Source: Minisyncoccota bacterium
GTDB taxonomy: Bacteria > Patescibacteriota > Minisyncoccia > JBAYJV01
Assembly (NCBI GenBank): GCA_041664925.1
Contig: JBAYJV010000001.1
Coordinates: 56,121 to 120,120, forward strand
Direction: 5' to 3'
Length of the DNA: 64,000 nt
Of the stretch, positions 1 through 11,129 are shown piece by piece. Each line of letters begins with the position of its first letter. Positions within the stretch are counted from its first letter, which is position 1. A program made the position numbers and the translations under genes. The notes below the pieces were generated by a model. The model was not told the origin of the DNA, made no database searches, and saw nothing but the letters and a program-made list of their open reading frames with translations.

Positions 1-2936
1 GCTCTTTCATGAGGAGAGCGCAATTCAAGAATTTCTTCTACGCGAGGAAGGCCCTGAGTAATATCTCCTTCACCGGCAACGCCACCAGCATGAAAAGTTC
101 TCATTGTTAACTGAGTTCCCGGTTCTCCAATTGATTGGGCGGTAATAATACCGACAGCTGTTCCCATGCTCACAAGTTTATTCTTTCCTAAATCATAACC
201 AAAGCATTGCTGACATAATCCTTCATGTGCTTTGCAGGTAAGTGGAGAACGAATTTTTATTTTTTCAATGCCTGTTGCAGCAATTTTTTTGGCCGTACTT
301 TTATTAATAAGTTCACCGGCTTTTGCAATCACTTCTTTCCCATTTTTGATATCTTCTAGAATCACGCGACCAACTAGGCGTTCATCAAAACCAAGTCCAA
401 TGTCTTCAGTATCTTTAGCTCGAAGCTCAAATCCTTCAGTATCACCACAGTCTTCCTCCCGAATAATAATATCCTGACAGACATCAACTAAACGGCGCGT
501 TAAGTAACCAGCTACCGCTGTTTTAAGAGCAGTGTCGGTTGTTCCTTTTCTAGCACCGTGGGTCGAAATGAAGTATTCAAGAACATTGAAGCCTTCTTTG
601 AAGTTTGATAAAACTGGCAGTTCAATAATTTCTGAGGCTGGATTAATAACAAGACCCTTGATACCCGACATTTGGTTGGTTTGTCCCCACGATCCACGAG
701 ACCCAGAATCAAATATTTGGAAAATTGGACCATTTTTTGGTAAAACTTGCGGTACCAATTCAGAAATCTTATCAATCGCAGCAAACCAAACATCAATAAC
801 CTTAATCTTTCTTTCTTCGTCAGTGAGAAGACCTCTCTGATAATGACTATTCAATTCTTCAACTTGTTTTCCAGCGTCACCAAGAATTTTTCCTTTTTCA
901 GGAGGAGTAATCAAGTCATCAAACCCCCAGCTAATACCAGACTTAGTTGCATAATGAAAGCCTGTTTCCTTAATAGTATCCAATAATGGCGCTAGGATTT
1001 CGTGGTCATAGTTATCTATAATGTCAGCGACAATCTTTTGAAGAGCTTTTTTACCTAAGTTCTGATTTACGAATTGATATTCTTTCGGCAATTTCTCATT
1101 GAAAATAATTCTTCCCAAACTTGTTTCTATCATTTCTTGCGTCTTTGGATTAGGTACCTTAATCTTTGCTCTAAGATTTATGTGTCCAAAATTATGAGCA
1201 ATATAAGCTTCCTCTACTGAACTAAAAACAGATCCTTCTCCCTTAAGTCCCTCTTCTATTCTTGTCATCCAATAAACGCCCAAAACAATATCCTGAGTTG
1301 GATTAGCAATTGGATGGCCAGTTGCTGGTTTCAAGAGATTATTAGAGGACTTCATTATAGTTGATGCTTCTTCCTGGGCCTGTTTTGATAATGGCAAATG
1401 AAGCGCCATCTGATCACCGTCAAAGTCAGCATTAAACGCCTGACAAACCAACGGATGAAGTTTAATGGCATTGCCTTCAATAAGAATCGGTTTAAAGGCT
1501 TGAATACTGAGACGATGAAGAGTAGGGGCACGATTCAAAAGAATGTACTTATCTTTAATAACTTCTTCCAGCGAATCCCAAACCTCGCTCGATCCTTCTT
1601 CAATATAATGAGTTGCTGCCTTAATGTTTGGCGCTAACTCTTTCTCATAGATAAGTTTATGAATAACAAATGGTTTAAAAATTTCAAGAGCCATTCTCTT
1701 AGGAACACCGCATTCATCGAATTTAAGTTCTGGTCCAACGACGATAACGGACCTACCCGAATAATCAACGCGTTTTCCCAAAAGATTTTGACGGAATCGC
1801 CCTTGCTTCCCCTTAAGCATGTCAGCTAAAGATTTTAGGGCACGGCTTTGAGCGCTGACAGTTCTAACTTCTTTTCCTTTTCTAGCAGAATTATCAATGA
1901 GTGCGTCCACGGCTTCCTGAAGCATGCGTTTTTCATTGCGCAAAATAACCTCAGGGGCTTTAAGCTCTTGAAGCCTTTTTAATCGATTATTGCGATTAAT
2001 AACGCGGCGATATAAATCATTAACATCTGAAGTAGCAAAACGACCACCATCAAGTTGAACCATTGGTCTTAGATCTGGTGGCATAACCGGCAAGGCTGTG
2101 ATAAACATCCATTCCGGCCTCATGTTGTTAGTAATAAAATTTTTGATTAACCCTAATTGCCTGAGAAGCTTTTTTCTTTGAAGACCAGCCGCTTTTTCTA
2201 AGTGAGCATTAACGTCGGCAATCTTTTGTTCGAGATCAATTTCATCCATCATCTTTCGAAGCGCTTCAGCACCCATGCCAGCTTCAAACACTTCAGCATA
2301 TTTGCGACTGAGACTAAAATATTCTATTTCAGAAATCACTTGTCCTTTTCTTAATCGCCTCAACTCTTCGGCTGCCTTATTTCTTTTAAGTTCTAGCTTT
2401 TTCAATTCTTTTGTTTTCTCTTTTGCAGAAAATTTTTCTTTCTCCAATTCTTTCTTTTTGTTTTTATATTCAGAGTCAATATCTTTTAAGGCTTCTTTGC
2501 GGGCTTCACTATCAACGCTCATGACAACATAGCTTGTAAAATAAATAACTTTTTCAAGATCTTTAAGAGCAATATCCAAAAAGAGGCTGATTTTTGATGG
2601 AACACCGCGCAAAAACCAAATATGTGAAACAGGAACAGCGAGTTTAATATAGCCCATCCTCTCTCGCCTTACCGATGCGGTTGTTACTTCAACCCCGCAT
2701 TTGTCACAGACAATACCTTTATAGCGAATTTTCTTATACTTTCCACAATAACATTCATAATCCTTTTCTGGACCAAAAATGCGCTCGCAAAAAAGACCAT
2801 CCCTCTCTGGTCTATGAGTTCGATAATTAATAGTCTCCGGTTTGGTAATTTCGCCATAACCCCAATCTAAAATCTCATCCGGAGAGGCAATTTTTAACTT
2901 TAGAGCGTCGAAGTCTTGAATTGTTTCTTCTATCAT
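1..2936 (-). CDS. rpoC: DNA-directed RNA polymerase subunit beta' (partial; C-terminus lies beyond the window start)
   Basis: The minus-strand translation from the ATG at 2936 reads [56 protein letters not shown]. The far end contains [20 protein letters not shown]. It sits immediately downstream of rpoB. No long six-frame ORF is listed because the frame runs off the window. Confidence 0.9.
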   Translation of the reverse strand, partial: MIEETIQDFDALKLKIASPDEILDWGYGEITKPETINYRTHRPERDGLFCERIFGPEKDYECYCGKYKKIRYKGIVCDKCGVEVTTASVRRERMGYIKLAVPVSHIWFLRGVPSKISLFLDIALKDLEKVIYFTSYVVMSVDSEARKEALKDIDSEYKNKKKELEKEKFSAKEKTKELKKLELKRNKAAEELRRLRKGQVISEIEYFSLSRKYAEVFEAGMGAEALRKMMDEIDLEQKIADVNAHLEKAAGLQRKKLLRQLGLIKNFITNNMRPEWMFITALPVMPPDLRPMVQLDGGRFATSDVNDLYRRVINRNNRLKRLQELKAPEVILRNEKRMLQEAVDALIDNSARKGKEVRTVSAQSRALKSLADMLKGKQGRFRQNLLGKRVDYSGRSVIVVGPELKFDECGVPKRMALEIFKPFVIHKLIYEKELAPNIKAATHYIEEGSSEVWDSLEEVIKDKYILLNRAPTLHRLSIQAFKPILIEGNAIKLHPLVCQAFNADFDGDQMALHLPLSKQAQEEASTIMKSSNNLLKPATGHPIANPTQDIVLGVYWMTRIEEGLKGEGSVFSSVEEAYIAHNFGHINLRAKIKVPNPKTQEMIETSLGRIIFNEKLPKEYQFVNQNLGKKALQKIVADIIDNYDHEILAPLLDTIKETGFHYATKSGISWGFDDLITPPEKGKILGDAGKQVEELNSHYQRGLLTDEERKIKVIDVWFAAIDKISELVPQVLPKNGPIFQIFDSGSRGSWGQTNQMSGIKGLVINPASEIIELPVLSNFKEGFNVLEYFISTHGARKGTTDTALKTAVAGYLTRRLVDVCQDIIIREEDCGDTEGFELRAKDTEDIGLGFDERLVGRVILEDIKNGKEVIAKAGELINKSTAKKIAATGIEKIKIRSPLTCKAHEGLCQQCFGYDLGKNKLVSMGTAVGIITAQSIGEPGTQLTMRTFHAGGVAGEGDITQGLPRVEEILELRSPHER

Positions 2937-2944
2937 GGAAGTTT

Positions 2945-5900
2945 TTATTGATTATTTTCTTTTTTTACTTGATCCTTTTTCGCGACCTTTTTGCCAACAA
3001 GCTCAACGGAAAAACCAAGACTTCTGAGCTCATTGAGTAAGACATTGAAGGATGCTGGAATGTTTGGGCTTTTAATTTCTTGTCCCCCGATAATAGACTC
3101 GTAAGCTGCTGCTCTGCCCAAAACATCATCTGATTTAATAGTAAGCATTTCTTGAAGAGTATATGCTGTCCCATAGCCTTCTAACGCCCATACTTCCATT
3201 TCACCAAATCTTTGGCCACCAAACTGAGATTTGCCTCCGAGAGGTTGTTGGGTAATCAAAGAATAAGGACCAATTGAACGCATATGAATCTTGTCGCTTA
3301 CAAGATGATTAAGTTTCATCATGTAAATTTGACCAACTGTACTTGGCTGACCAAATTCTTTACCTGTCCTTCCGTCGCGAAGTTGGAATTTACCGCTTGG
3401 TGAAAAACCTTGATCTGTTAAAGATTTTCTAATTTCTTCTTCAGTGATACCGGACAATGACGGAGTTAAAATTCTGCAATTCAAAGATTTTGCTACCATA
3501 CCCATATGGGTCTCAAGAATTTGTCCGATATTCATACGAGATGCAACTCCAAGTGGATTTAAAACTATATCAACTGGCGTACCGTCTTCTAAATACGGCA
3601 TATCCTCAACTGGCAAGATTTTGGAAATAACACCCTTGTTTCCATGACGTCCAGCTAATTTATCTCCAGCTTCAATCTTTTTAAATTGAGCGACTTCAAC
3701 TTGAATGCTTTTAATAACACCCGATGATAATTTATCTCCCTTATCCTGAGAGAAAACACGAACACCAATGACTCTTCCTTTTTTACCATGCGGAAGGGTT
3801 AGCGAACTATCTTTAACATCTCGGGCTTTATCGCCAAAGATTGATCTCAATAATCTTTCTTCGGCCGTTAAATCAGTTTCTCCTTTTGGAGAAATTTTAC
3901 CAACTAAGATATCTCCTTGTTTAACTTCAGCGCCAATTCGCACAATACCTTCCTCGTCAAGATCTTTAAGTCTTTCTTCTCCAACATTTGGAATGTCAGG
4001 CGTAGTAATTTCAGGACCAAGTCTTGTGTCACGGACATCTACCGTAAAATCTTCGATATGAATTGAACTGAAACGATCATCGCGAACAACCTTTTCTGAA
4101 ATAATTACCGCGTCTTCAAAATTGAATCCTTCCCATGACACAAAAGCAACCAAAAGATTTTGACCAAGCGCCAAAGTGTCTTTATCAATAGCTGGGCCTT
4201 CAGCGATCACTTGCCCTTTAGTAATTTTATCGCCTTTTCTTACAAGAGTTCTTTGATGAATGCAAGTATATTGGTTTGATCTTCTAAAGTTGGCGAGATG
4301 ATATTCTTTATTCTTTTTTGTTTTATCGCTTAAAATTACAACCTTGCTAGCATCAGCCTCAATTACCTTTCCCGATTCATCAGCTACCAAAATCATACCT
4401 GAATCAAGAGCAGTTCTTTTCTCCATCCCCGTTCCTACTAAAGGCGCCTGAGGATTAATACACGAAACAGCTTGGCGTTGCATATTTGAACCCATCAAAG
4501 CACGGTTTGCATCATCATGCTCCAAAAAAGGAATTAATGATGTCGCAACTGAAATTGATTGATTGGGAGCGACATCCACAAGATCAACTTTACCAACTTC
4601 AATTATTCCTGGTTCTGATTTTATGCGCGCCTCAATTTTTTTGTTTTTAAATTTACCTTCGACATCACGAGGTTCGCCCGCATGAGCAATAACATATTTT
4701 TCCTCCTCGTCCGCAGTCAGATAAACTACTTCGTCTATAACGCGTCCATTTTTAACACGATAATAAGGAGTGATTAAAAATCCATACTGGTTTAGCGAAG
4801 CATAAGTTGAAATATGATTGACTAGTCCGATATTGGGACCTTCTGGAGTTTGAATCGGACAAAGGCGTCCATAATGACTTGGATGAACATCACGAACTTC
4901 AAAACCAGCCCTTTCTTTCGTAAGACCACCTGGACCCATAGATGAAACACGACGCTTATGTTCAAGTTCCGCCAAGGGATTGACTTGATCCATAAACTGC
5001 GATAATCGAGACGAAATGAAAAATTCCCGCACAACGGTGGCCAATGGTCTAATATTGATAAGTTGGGCGGGTGTAAGTGTATATAAATCAAGGGTGCTCA
5101 TTCTATCTTTAATGATTCTAATCATACGAGCCAATCCAACCTGAACTCGGTTTTGCAAAAGTTCGCCAACGCATTTAACGCGGCGATTGCTCAAATGATC
5201 AATATCGTCAGGGCGCGCCTGAGGATTTTGATTGAGTTTAATAATTTCCTTAACAATCAAAACAATATCGTTGATTGAGAGAATTCTGTCGTCAAAAGTA
5301 ACTTTCTTTGTTTTGTCGGTCTTACTGCTTCCCGGCTTGTGCAATCCAAGTCTTTGATCAAGTTTCCAGCGACCAACTTCAGAAATATCATATCTTTCAA
5401 AACTGAACATCGCCTTCAAAAGACTTTTAGCATTATCAACTGTTGCCAATTCACCTGGACGAATTCTGCGATAAACTTCGATCAATCCATCGCCCTGATT
5501 ATTAGTAATATCTTTTTCTAAAGTCTGGCCAATATAATCAACTTCTCCGCCGAGTAAAACATCTCTAAAAACTTCTTTAACATTTGCCATTGAATCAATG
5601 AAGGGTTTTTCCCCTTCTCTAATACCAGAAAATGCTTTCAAAAAGGCAGTCACAGCAATCTTTCTTTTTCTGTCAACTTTAATGTAGAGAACGCCGTGGT
5701 TATCTGTTTCAATTTCAAGCCAAGCGCCGCGATTCGGAATGATCTTGGCTCCGAAATAATGACGGCCATTTTCATATCTTGAATTAAAAAACACGCCAGG
5801 TGATCTAGCGAGTTGAGAAACAATAACACGTTCAACGCCATTTAAAACAAAAGTTCCGCGATCGGTCATCAGCGGAAAATCTCCCATAAAAACATCTTGC

Positions 5901-6235
5901 TCTTTAATTTCGCCTGTTTTTTTGTTTTTTAAACTCAGTCTTACTCTAAGAGAAGCCTCGTGAGAAGCATTGTGCTCTTTGGCCTCAACTTCATCGTGTT
6001 TCGCTTTATCCAAATGATAATCTAGGAAAGAGAGTTCTAACTCCTTTCCTGAATAATCAGTAATTGGCGAAATTTCATCGAAAAGATCTCGAAGTCCCTT
6101 TTCAAAAAACCATTTATATGAATCTAACTGAATTTCAATCAGATTAGGAAGAGGGAGACTTTTTTTGGGAAAGTTTGAGAATTTTTTCTCTTCCATTGTT
6201 TGGGTGATTAACAAACAAAAGACCCTCGCCTTCAA
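2945..6235 (-). CDS. rpoB: DNA-directed RNA polymerase subunit beta
   Basis: 1096 aa ORF containing the conserved rpoB blocks [38 protein letters not shown] and NMQRQAV. Confidence 0.95.
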   Translation of the reverse strand: MKARVFCLLITQTMEEKKFSNFPKKSLPLPNLIEIQLDSYKWFFEKGLRDLFDEISPITDYSGKELELSFLDYHLDKAKHDEVEAKEHNASHEASLRVRLSLKNKKTGEIKEQDVFMGDFPLMTDRGTFVLNGVERVIVSQLARSPGVFFNSRYENGRHYFGAKIIPNRGAWLEIETDNHGVLYIKVDRKRKIAVTAFLKAFSGIREGEKPFIDSMANVKEVFRDVLLGGEVDYIGQTLEKDITNNQGDGLIEVYRRIRPGELATVDNAKSLLKAMFSFERYDISEVGRWKLDQRLGLHKPGSSKTDKTKKVTFDDRILSINDIVLIVKEIIKLNQNPQARPDDIDHLSNRRVKCVGELLQNRVQVGLARMIRIIKDRMSTLDLYTLTPAQLINIRPLATVVREFFISSRLSQFMDQVNPLAELEHKRRVSSMGPGGLTKERAGFEVRDVHPSHYGRLCPIQTPEGPNIGLVNHISTYASLNQYGFLITPYYRVKNGRVIDEVVYLTADEEEKYVIAHAGEPRDVEGKFKNKKIEARIKSEPGIIEVGKVDLVDVAPNQSISVATSLIPFLEHDDANRALMGSNMQRQAVSCINPQAPLVGTGMEKRTALDSGMILVADESGKVIEADASKVVILSDKTKKNKEYHLANFRRSNQYTCIHQRTLVRKGDKITKGQVIAEGPAIDKDTLALGQNLLVAFVSWEGFNFEDAVIISEKVVRDDRFSSIHIEDFTVDVRDTRLGPEITTPDIPNVGEERLKDLDEEGIVRIGAEVKQGDILVGKISPKGETDLTAEERLLRSIFGDKARDVKDSSLTLPHGKKGRVIGVRVFSQDKGDKLSSGVIKSIQVEVAQFKKIEAGDKLAGRHGNKGVISKILPVEDMPYLEDGTPVDIVLNPLGVASRMNIGQILETHMGMVAKSLNCRILTPSLSGITEEEIRKSLTDQGFSPSGKFQLRDGRTGKEFGQPSTVGQIYMMKLNHLVSDKIHMRSIGPYSLITQQPLGGKSQFGGQRFGEMEVWALEGYGTAYTLQEMLTIKSDDVLGRAAAYESIIGGQEIKSPNIPASFNVLLNELRSLGFSVELVGKKVAKKDQVKKENNQ

Positions 6236-6423
6236 AGGCTAGAAAGGGTTGGTATTTTAAAGCTCGAAAAAATAATGAGTATCCACCATTTTTTGTAGAG
6301 GGTGGTGATTGGCTTCAGCAAAGCCAATCTGCTAGTATTTAAACTTGACGCTCGTCTAGGGTAAACGCAAAAAACTGGAGGTAGGCAAAACTTCCCCTCA
6401 ACGAGGTTTTATTATGTTATCTC

Positions 6424-6451
6424 ATTGTAGCGCGGATTTTTTGTTTGTCAA
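6424..6451 (-). promoter_or_regulatory. Candidate promoter for rpoB-rpoC, minus strand: TTGACA-N16-TACAAT, followed by an ~190 nt leader with hairpins
   Basis: Minus strand reads ttgacaaacaaaaaatccgcgctacaatga upstream of rpoB. The leader contains gattggcttcagcaaagccaatc and ccaccctctacaaaaaatggtgg hairpins. Confidence 0.45.
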
Positions 6452-6543
6452 TAGATATCTGTGGATAGTAAAATTATATTTATTCCTCAACGCTTCAAAT
6501 GGTGGAAATGAGGCGTTCAAGCAATCCTTCTTGAGCCGTTCAG

Positions 6544-7068
6544 TTATCCGGCCAACTCATAATAAACCGCATGCCCTGTCTTTCCTATTTGGCGAATTCT
6601 CCCTTGTTTTTCTAAAATATTCAAATAGCGAACAACTGTCGCATCCGACTTTCTTACAATCTTTCTAATTTCCTGATTAGTCAATCTTCTTTTTTCGGCC
6701 AATGCCGCCACAATTTTCTCAAGTTGTTTTTCTTTCCTCATGGCAATTTTTTGCTTGGCCTTTTCTAAAAGTTGGGCAATTATATTTTGTCCTGAATTAT
6801 TTTCTATCGGAGCAGGCGCATCAGTTGGCAAAATTGAATTCTCATTAATCACAGGTACTTCATTTATCTCCGGACTTTTTTCTTGGATATTTTCAGCTGA
6901 TGTTATTTCTGATTTCGGCTCAATCGCTACTTCCTGTGAATTTTCGGGTGAAGTCGGCATTGATTCTTGTTGAATTTCTGGCAAAATCTCCGAACTATTA
7001 TCTTTTATTGGCGCTTGATCTTGTATCTGGTTTTGCGCTTGATCTTGTCCTAAATTTTCTTCACTCAT
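6544..7068 (-). CDS. Winged-helix DNA-binding protein with an acidic, Q-rich N-terminal region. Candidate regulator.
   Basis: C-terminal ~70 aa KQLEKIVAALAEKRRLTNQEIRKIVRKSDATVVRYLNILEKQGRIRQIGKTGHAVYYELAG has a wHTH-like pattern. Its leader contains one copy of the GGAGGCTGAGCCTCC palindrome. Confidence 0.5.
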   Translation of the reverse strand: MSEENLGQDQAQNQIQDQAPIKDNSSEILPEIQQESMPTSPENSQEVAIEPKSEITSAENIQEKSPEINEVPVINENSILPTDAPAPIENNSGQNIIAQLLEKAKQKIAMRKEKQLEKIVAALAEKRRLTNQEIRKIVRKSDATVVRYLNILEKQGRIRQIGKTGHAVYYELAG

Positions 7069-7174
7069 AATAATAGATTTAATGGATTTAATGAATTAAT
7101 TAGTGGATAATGAATAATATAATGAACAATAATAATGATAAATGATAATCATTAATAATCAATAATCAATAGAA

Positions 7175-7203
7175 ATATGTGGGAGGCTGAGCCTCCCACA
7201 TAT
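7175..7203. promoter_or_regulatory. Solitary 29-bp perfect palindrome atatgtgggaggctgagcctcccacatat in the leader of the wHTH gene. Candidate operator.
   Basis: Perfect 14-bp arms. The same palindrome heads three larger modules elsewhere. It lies between a TTGAAA-N17-TATAAT promoter (about 7262-7290, minus) and the wHTH start. Confidence 0.5.
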
Positions 7204-7322
7204 TTCTGATGAAACAAAAAAACCGCTTTTTAGCGGTTTTCCCTTTTCAAGGGAACTCTCCATAATTATACCACACCTTACTTAATTTTTCAAGCTTTTT
7301 GAAAAAAATCCACAATTTTATT

Positions 7323-7353
7323 AATAAAAAGCAGAGAGTCCGTAGACTCTCTG
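7323..7353 (-). terminator. Intrinsic terminator for 7368..7754
   Basis: Hairpin cagagagtc-cgta-gactctctg followed by a T-run on the minus strand. Confidence 0.6.
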
Positions 7354-7367
7354 CAGATCTTGAATCC

Positions 7368-7754
7368 CTACTCGACAGGAATGAGACAAACGCCAAGACG
7401 ATATTTCTTCTTATCGTCTTCGCAAGACAGATCGACCGGAGCTAATCCACTAGTACTGTGCCAACCAAGTCTTCCGTCTCCACTCGAATCTCTGGCCGCA
7501 ACCAACGATTCGATGGTAACGATAGTTGCTTCAATCTTACACTCTGCGGTGTTTCTCTTGCGAGCCTTCATGAAACTGGGCTCCGCCTTTACGATTGCTT
7601 CTTCGCGTCCTTTCGCAAGAACATACGCCCTGACATCAATGGGAACTGTCCCGGGCGCTCTCTCGTCGCTGTCATAGTAAGAACCCATGAAATGAACGCA
7701 CCAGAACATCTCACCTTCGTCAGTTGGACGAGTTGTTGAGATAATCCCTGCCAT
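7368..7754 (-). CDS. Hypothetical small protein (128 aa), GC-rich island gene
   Basis: AGGAGG sits 10 nt before the ATG. It has a dedicated TTGATT-N17-TATAAT promoter and its own terminator. GC content is clearly above its surroundings. No recognisable family. Confidence 0.5.
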   Translation of the reverse strand: MAGIISTTRPTDEGEMFWCVHFMGSYYDSDERAPGTVPIDVRAYVLAKGREEAIVKAEPSFMKARKRNTAECKIEATIVTIESLVAARDSSGDGRLGWHSTSGLAPVDLSCEDDKKKYRLGVCLIPVE

Positions 7755-7804
7755 AGACTCTCATCCTCCTTTTAGTCAAGAACCGAAGATTCTCCAACAT
7801 TCTC

Positions 7805-7832
7805 ATTATACCACATATTAATAAAAAATCAA
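7805..7832 (-). promoter_or_regulatory. Near-consensus sigma70 promoter (TTGATT-N17-TATAAT) driving 7368..7754
   Basis: Minus strand reads ttgattttttattaatatgtggtataat, then a ~45 nt leader, then AAAAGGAGG. Confidence 0.6.
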
Positions 7833-7927
7833 GCTTTTTGGGTTTGAACATCAAAAAATCACGGTTAATGTGACTTCTTAAATGAAACTTGTTTAATAAA
7901 ACAAGATTTTGCAACGCTATCAAAGAC

Positions 7928-8095
7928 ATATGTGGGAGGCTCAGCCTCCCACATATTTCAAAATCCCAGCGCCAGATATGGAAAATCGGAGGCTAAGCCT
8001 CCGATTTGAGTCTCCGATTTGGTTAAAATATTCAACGCAAATGTTCAACACTCGGTGTCTAATATCTAGTCGTTATCAGGCATTTGTTGATAACA
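7928..8095. repeat. Double-palindrome module, copy 1: pal1 at 7928-7956, pal2 at 7983-8007, plus a conserved AT-rich tail
   Basis: atatgtgggaggctcagcctcccacatat and aaatcggaggctaagcctccgattt are both perfect. The module is almost identical to the copy at 10476-10620 and continues into the shared spacer and promoter at 7805-7925. Confidence 0.7.
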
Positions 8096-8118
8096 AGATT
8101 TTTCAATGCCATTAAGGT

Positions 8119-8430
8119 TTAGAAATAACCGCAAACAACTTTACCGTCAATTAATGACCAACAGTCTGATTCATTTTCATAATTAGCACAGTGTCCGACT
8201 ACGTTTTCCTTGCCCTCATTTTCCCACCCAAAATCACATCTTCCTTGGCATTGGTTTGAGTCCGTGCATTCTTTGCCGCCGTCATTCATTTTGTGATTAC
8301 AGGTCTGCCAAAGGGATGCCCATTTTCCACCCTCAAGTAAACAGAAAGCGTGTGGTATTTTCGGTATTAGTATTGCTCCAATAGTAATTAAAATTAATAA
8401 AGTTATAAAAAGAGTAATTTTCTTTTTCAT
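8119..8430 (-). CDS. Small secreted cysteine-rich protein (signal peptide plus 12 Cys)
   Basis: Hydrophobic N-terminus MKKKITLFITLLILITIGAILIP followed by Cys-rich CTDSNQCQGRCDFGWENEGKENVVGHCANYENESDC. Confidence 0.45.
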   Translation of the reverse strand: MKKKITLFITLLILITIGAILIPKIPHAFCLLEGGKWASLWQTCNHKMNDGGKECTDSNQCQGRCDFGWENEGKENVVGHCANYENESDCWSLIDGKVVCGYF

Positions 8431-8468
8431 ATTTTTTTATTATATATTAATTAAAAAATGTTATTAAA

Positions 8469-8996
8469 TTATTTGGATAATGACGGATAATTCCAATCCT
8501 CAATGAATTTAACTGGATAGGGAGGTAATAATTCAATCAAGGCCGTGCCGAATGTCGCCGAAATAATATTCGCAATCAAAATAGCAAGTATAAGTTTTTT
8601 GAAGCTAACTTTCTTTAATGCTATTTTTAAGAATATACTTTCGAAACAAACAATGATTAGTTCGGGGAAAAATAACATCCTCCAAATATAGCTTGCTGAT
8701 TTCGCAGATGCCTCATGATAACCCATGTTTGCAAGGAAAACATACAGAAGCGCTACCGATATTGCATTAGCTATGATAATAAAAAGAATTTCTTTCTTTT
8801 TTCTAAAACCAAATAACCAAAGAATTGACAACTCCAATAAAAGAGCAACTAATAAAGTTACTCCAAATTTTTCTATGTGAAATAAAGATGTTTGGGGTCC
8901 AATATATGAATTATCAAGAACGATGGGATTAGCTAAAACACAACTACATGACAATAAGCCAATAAATGAAAATAGCAAAACAAATACCTTTTTCAT
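8469..8996 (-). CDS. Multi-pass membrane protein, hypothetical
   Basis: Several hydrophobic segments and AT-rich host-like composition. Confidence 0.4.
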   Translation of the reverse strand: MKKVFVLLFSFIGLLSCSCVLANPIVLDNSYIGPQTSLFHIEKFGVTLLVALLLELSILWLFGFRKKKEILFIIIANAISVALLYVFLANMGYHEASAKSASYIWRMLFFPELIIVCFESIFLKIALKKVSFKKLILAILIANIISATFGTALIELLPPYPVKFIEDWNYPSLSK

Positions 8997-9259
8997 ATTT
9001 TTTTATTAGTTAGTCTTTTTGAGTTAATTCTATAGATTATCTGACTAGATAAGAAAAATAAAATAATACCAATAATTATAAGGTAAGATTTATCTAGTTT
9101 TGGAAAGATAATATAGATAATAAATGTAAGCAGGACCGAAGAAATAACTCCCGGCACCACTGGCGCGTACAATACGTCTGAAAAACTCGCTCCCCTATAT
9201 ATGTCCCAAGGATTAGTCTTAGTCCATGTTCGAAAAAATATATTCTTTTTTATTTTCAT
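8993..9259 (-). CDS. Small membrane protein, hypothetical
   Basis: Two hydrophobic helices. Overlaps the upstream gene by 4 nt. Confidence 0.3.
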   Translation of the reverse strand: MKIKKNIFFRTWTKTNPWDIYRGASFSDVLYAPVVPGVISSVLLTFIIYIIFPKLDKSYLIIIGIILFFLSSQIIYRINSKRLTNKKI

Positions 9260-9366
9260 ATTTTTTTATTTACTTTTGCCTTCATATTTTATCACAAAGT
9301 TTAAGTTTACGGATGTGCATAAATCCCTCCTTCGTCCCAGTAAACCGGGACTACGGACGGGCAAAG

Positions 9367-9401
9367 CAAAAAAAAGGGGTGCCACGCACCTGCGCGACAC
9401 C
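9367..9401 (-). terminator. Intrinsic terminator for 9423..9785
   Basis: 10-bp stem ggtgtcgcgc-aggt-gcgtggcacc followed by T8 on the minus strand. Confidence 0.65.
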
Positions 9402-9422
9402 CAGCTATTTACCTCTTTTCTC

Positions 9423-9785
9423 CTAGCAACTTCTGGTTCCAAATGCTCCCAGAGGAACCCGAGAAACATCGAACACTGGAACCCGTACTCTCTGACGGAC
9501 TCCCGACAACCTCGATCCTTCCTTGTCGTAGGCTTCTACCGGTTTCCACTTTCTCTCGAAAGCAACCGGCTCATGCGGAACTGGGATGATGGTGTCGGAC
9601 TGACCATGAAATGTAACGGTCAGCGGACATCCACATTCCAGACACTTGTCCGGAGGGAAATCAAAGCCCATGTGGGTCGGTACTTCGTGTCCGTTTTTGC
9701 AGAAGCGAACACTGTTTGTATCCCACGAGCCGAACCAATCGCCGATACGACTCGTTGTGACCATAGCTGTGGTAGCCATGACCAA
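9423..9785 (-). CDS. Hypothetical small protein (120 aa) with CxxxH...CxxC(x)C motifs, GC-rich island gene
   Basis: GGAGG sits 6 nt before the ATG. It has its own TTGATT-N17-TATAAT promoter and terminator. CKNGH...CLECGC suggests a zinc ribbon. Confidence 0.5.
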   Translation of the reverse strand: MVMATTAMVTTSRIGDWFGSWDTNSVRFCKNGHEVPTHMGFDFPPDKCLECGCPLTVTFHGQSDTIIPVPHEPVAFERKWKPVEAYDKEGSRLSGVRQRVRVPVFDVSRVPLGAFGTRSC

Positions 9786-9827
9786 CCTCCTTTTACTGCT
9801 TTTTGAGTCTCTGACGGTACTACTTCT

Positions 9828-9856
9828 ATTATACCATATTCAAATACAAAAATCAA
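9828..9856 (-). promoter_or_regulatory. Near-consensus sigma70 promoter driving 9423..9785
   Basis: Minus strand reads ttgatttttgtatttgaatatggtataat. Confidence 0.6.
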
Positions 9857-9941
9857 GCTTTTTGGGGGTAAAATACACAAAAAAAGGCCGTCTTCGCACA
9901 CTTGTACGAGTACGGCCTCTACGCTACGCTTCAAGACACGG

Positions 9942-10279
9942 TTACGAAATCTTGCGCAGAACCTCTTCGCTTGCAGAATGAGTAGCTTCGATGAACCAAC
10001 TAGACACGACTCCCAAATTAGACATTTCTGTTTCGAGAAGGCCTTCAAATACCACTAGATACGGAGTGAACGCTGGGCCAAGATTATAAGTCGTCACGGC
10101 AATTCTCAAGATATCGGCCTTTGAATCTCCACCCGTCTTCACGAGAATATACTCTTCAACGAAACCCCTGTAAAACAGGGCTAAAATTAGCTCGTTAAGA
10201 GCAATGTGAGGCAAAAGTTCGCGAACTTGTACAGGCCCACCCTCTTTCGTCCTATCTCTGTAGAAACTCACTTTTACCA
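9942..10279 (-). CDS. Hypothetical small protein (~112 aa from MVKVSFYRDR), GC-rich island gene
   Basis: AAGGAGG sits 7 nt before the ATG at 10279. The longer ORF start at 10343 has no SD. A terminator hairpin ggccgtcttcgcacacttgtacgagtacggcc plus T7 lies at ~9886-9925. A TTGATT-N17-TATAAT promoter lies at 10351-10379. Confidence 0.5.
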
Positions 10280-10350
10280 TTGCGCAACCTCCTTGGTTTT
10301 GAGATTGAATACTTCTATAATCAAAAAACCGCTTTTTGATCATCTACGTG

Positions 10351-10379
10351 GATTATATCATATTAAGATACAAAAATCA
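10351..10379 (-). promoter_or_regulatory. Near-consensus sigma70 promoter driving 9942..10279
   Basis: Minus strand reads ttgatttttgtatcttaatatgatataat. Confidence 0.6.
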
Positions 10380-10620
10380 AGCTTTTTGGGTTTGAACATC
10401 AAAAAATCACGATTAATGTGACTTCTTAAATGAAACTTGTTTAATAAAACAAGATTTTGCAACGCTATCAAAGACATATGTGGGAGGCTCAGCCTCCCAC
10501 ATATTTCAAAATCTCATCGCCAGATATGGAAAATCAGAGGTTTAGCCTCCGATTTGATGAAAATATTTAACGCAAATATTCAACACTCGGTGTCTAACGT
10601 CTAGGCATTATCAAGGATTA
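10380..10620. repeat. Double-palindrome module, copy 2: pal1 at 10476-10504, pal2 at 10532-10555 (2 mismatches)
   Basis: About 95% identical to 7836-8095 over ~250 bp, including the spacer hairpin cttgttttattaaacaag. Confidence 0.7.
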
Positions 10621-11117
10621 GGTACAAAAAATCCCACTTTTGTTTTTAATTCTTCTGCCAAATTTTCAGCGATCAAGTCTTTGCTCTTTAAATAATTTAC
10701 TTTATTAATGAAATTATTAATCCACACATTCTTTTCTTGATCGCTTTGCGCATCGCGAATTTTGTAAAGATAATAAAGCAGGTTTCTTTCAATAAAAATC
10801 TTTGATTGCAAAATTTCCGATACATTCCCTTCGCCTATTCCTTCTTCTTCATTAGTTTTATTAAAACTAGCAGTCCAATTAAATGGTAGTGTGCCAACAT
10901 TTCTTACTTTCAAATATTGGGATTTTACTTCATATGGTTGCATATTGGAAAATCCTAAAGAAGCGCTGGTTGTTGAATCTTCGGTGCTTAAATCCAAAGT
11001 TCCTGCCTCAAGATTACTTTCCGCTGAAATCTCGGCATCTGAATAATATGAAACCGTATAGCCAGCACATCCCAAAGAAGCAATTAGTAAAATTATAATG
11101 ATTAAATCTCTTTTCAT
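10611..11117 (-). CDS. Secreted hypothetical protein (signal peptide)
   Basis: N-terminal MKRDLIIIILLIASLGCAGYT. No confident family, though it loosely resembles TasA/camelysin-like secreted proteins. Confidence 0.45.
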   Translation of the reverse strand: MKRDLIIIILLIASLGCAGYTVSYYSDAEISAESNLEAGTLDLSTEDSTTSASLGFSNMQPYEVKSQYLKVRNVGTLPFNWTASFNKTNEEEGIGEGNVSEILQSKIFIERNLLYYLYKIRDAQSDQEKNVWINNFINKVNYLKSKDLIAENLAEELKTKVGFFVPNP

Positions 11118-11129
11118 AATTATTGTGAT

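Noticed and set aside
232-2532. Several 60-105 aa six-frame ORFs inside the rpoC region (232..477, 512..796, 747..986, 1398..1637, 2275..2532)
   Set aside because: They lie inside the rpoC coding sequence, on the opposite strand or in other frames. The real gene is the frame-open minus-strand rpoC.
9201-9806. 201-aa plus-strand ORF spanning the terminator and promoter of the island gene
   Set aside because: It runs antisense through gene 9423..9785 and its terminator hairpin. No SD. Spurious.
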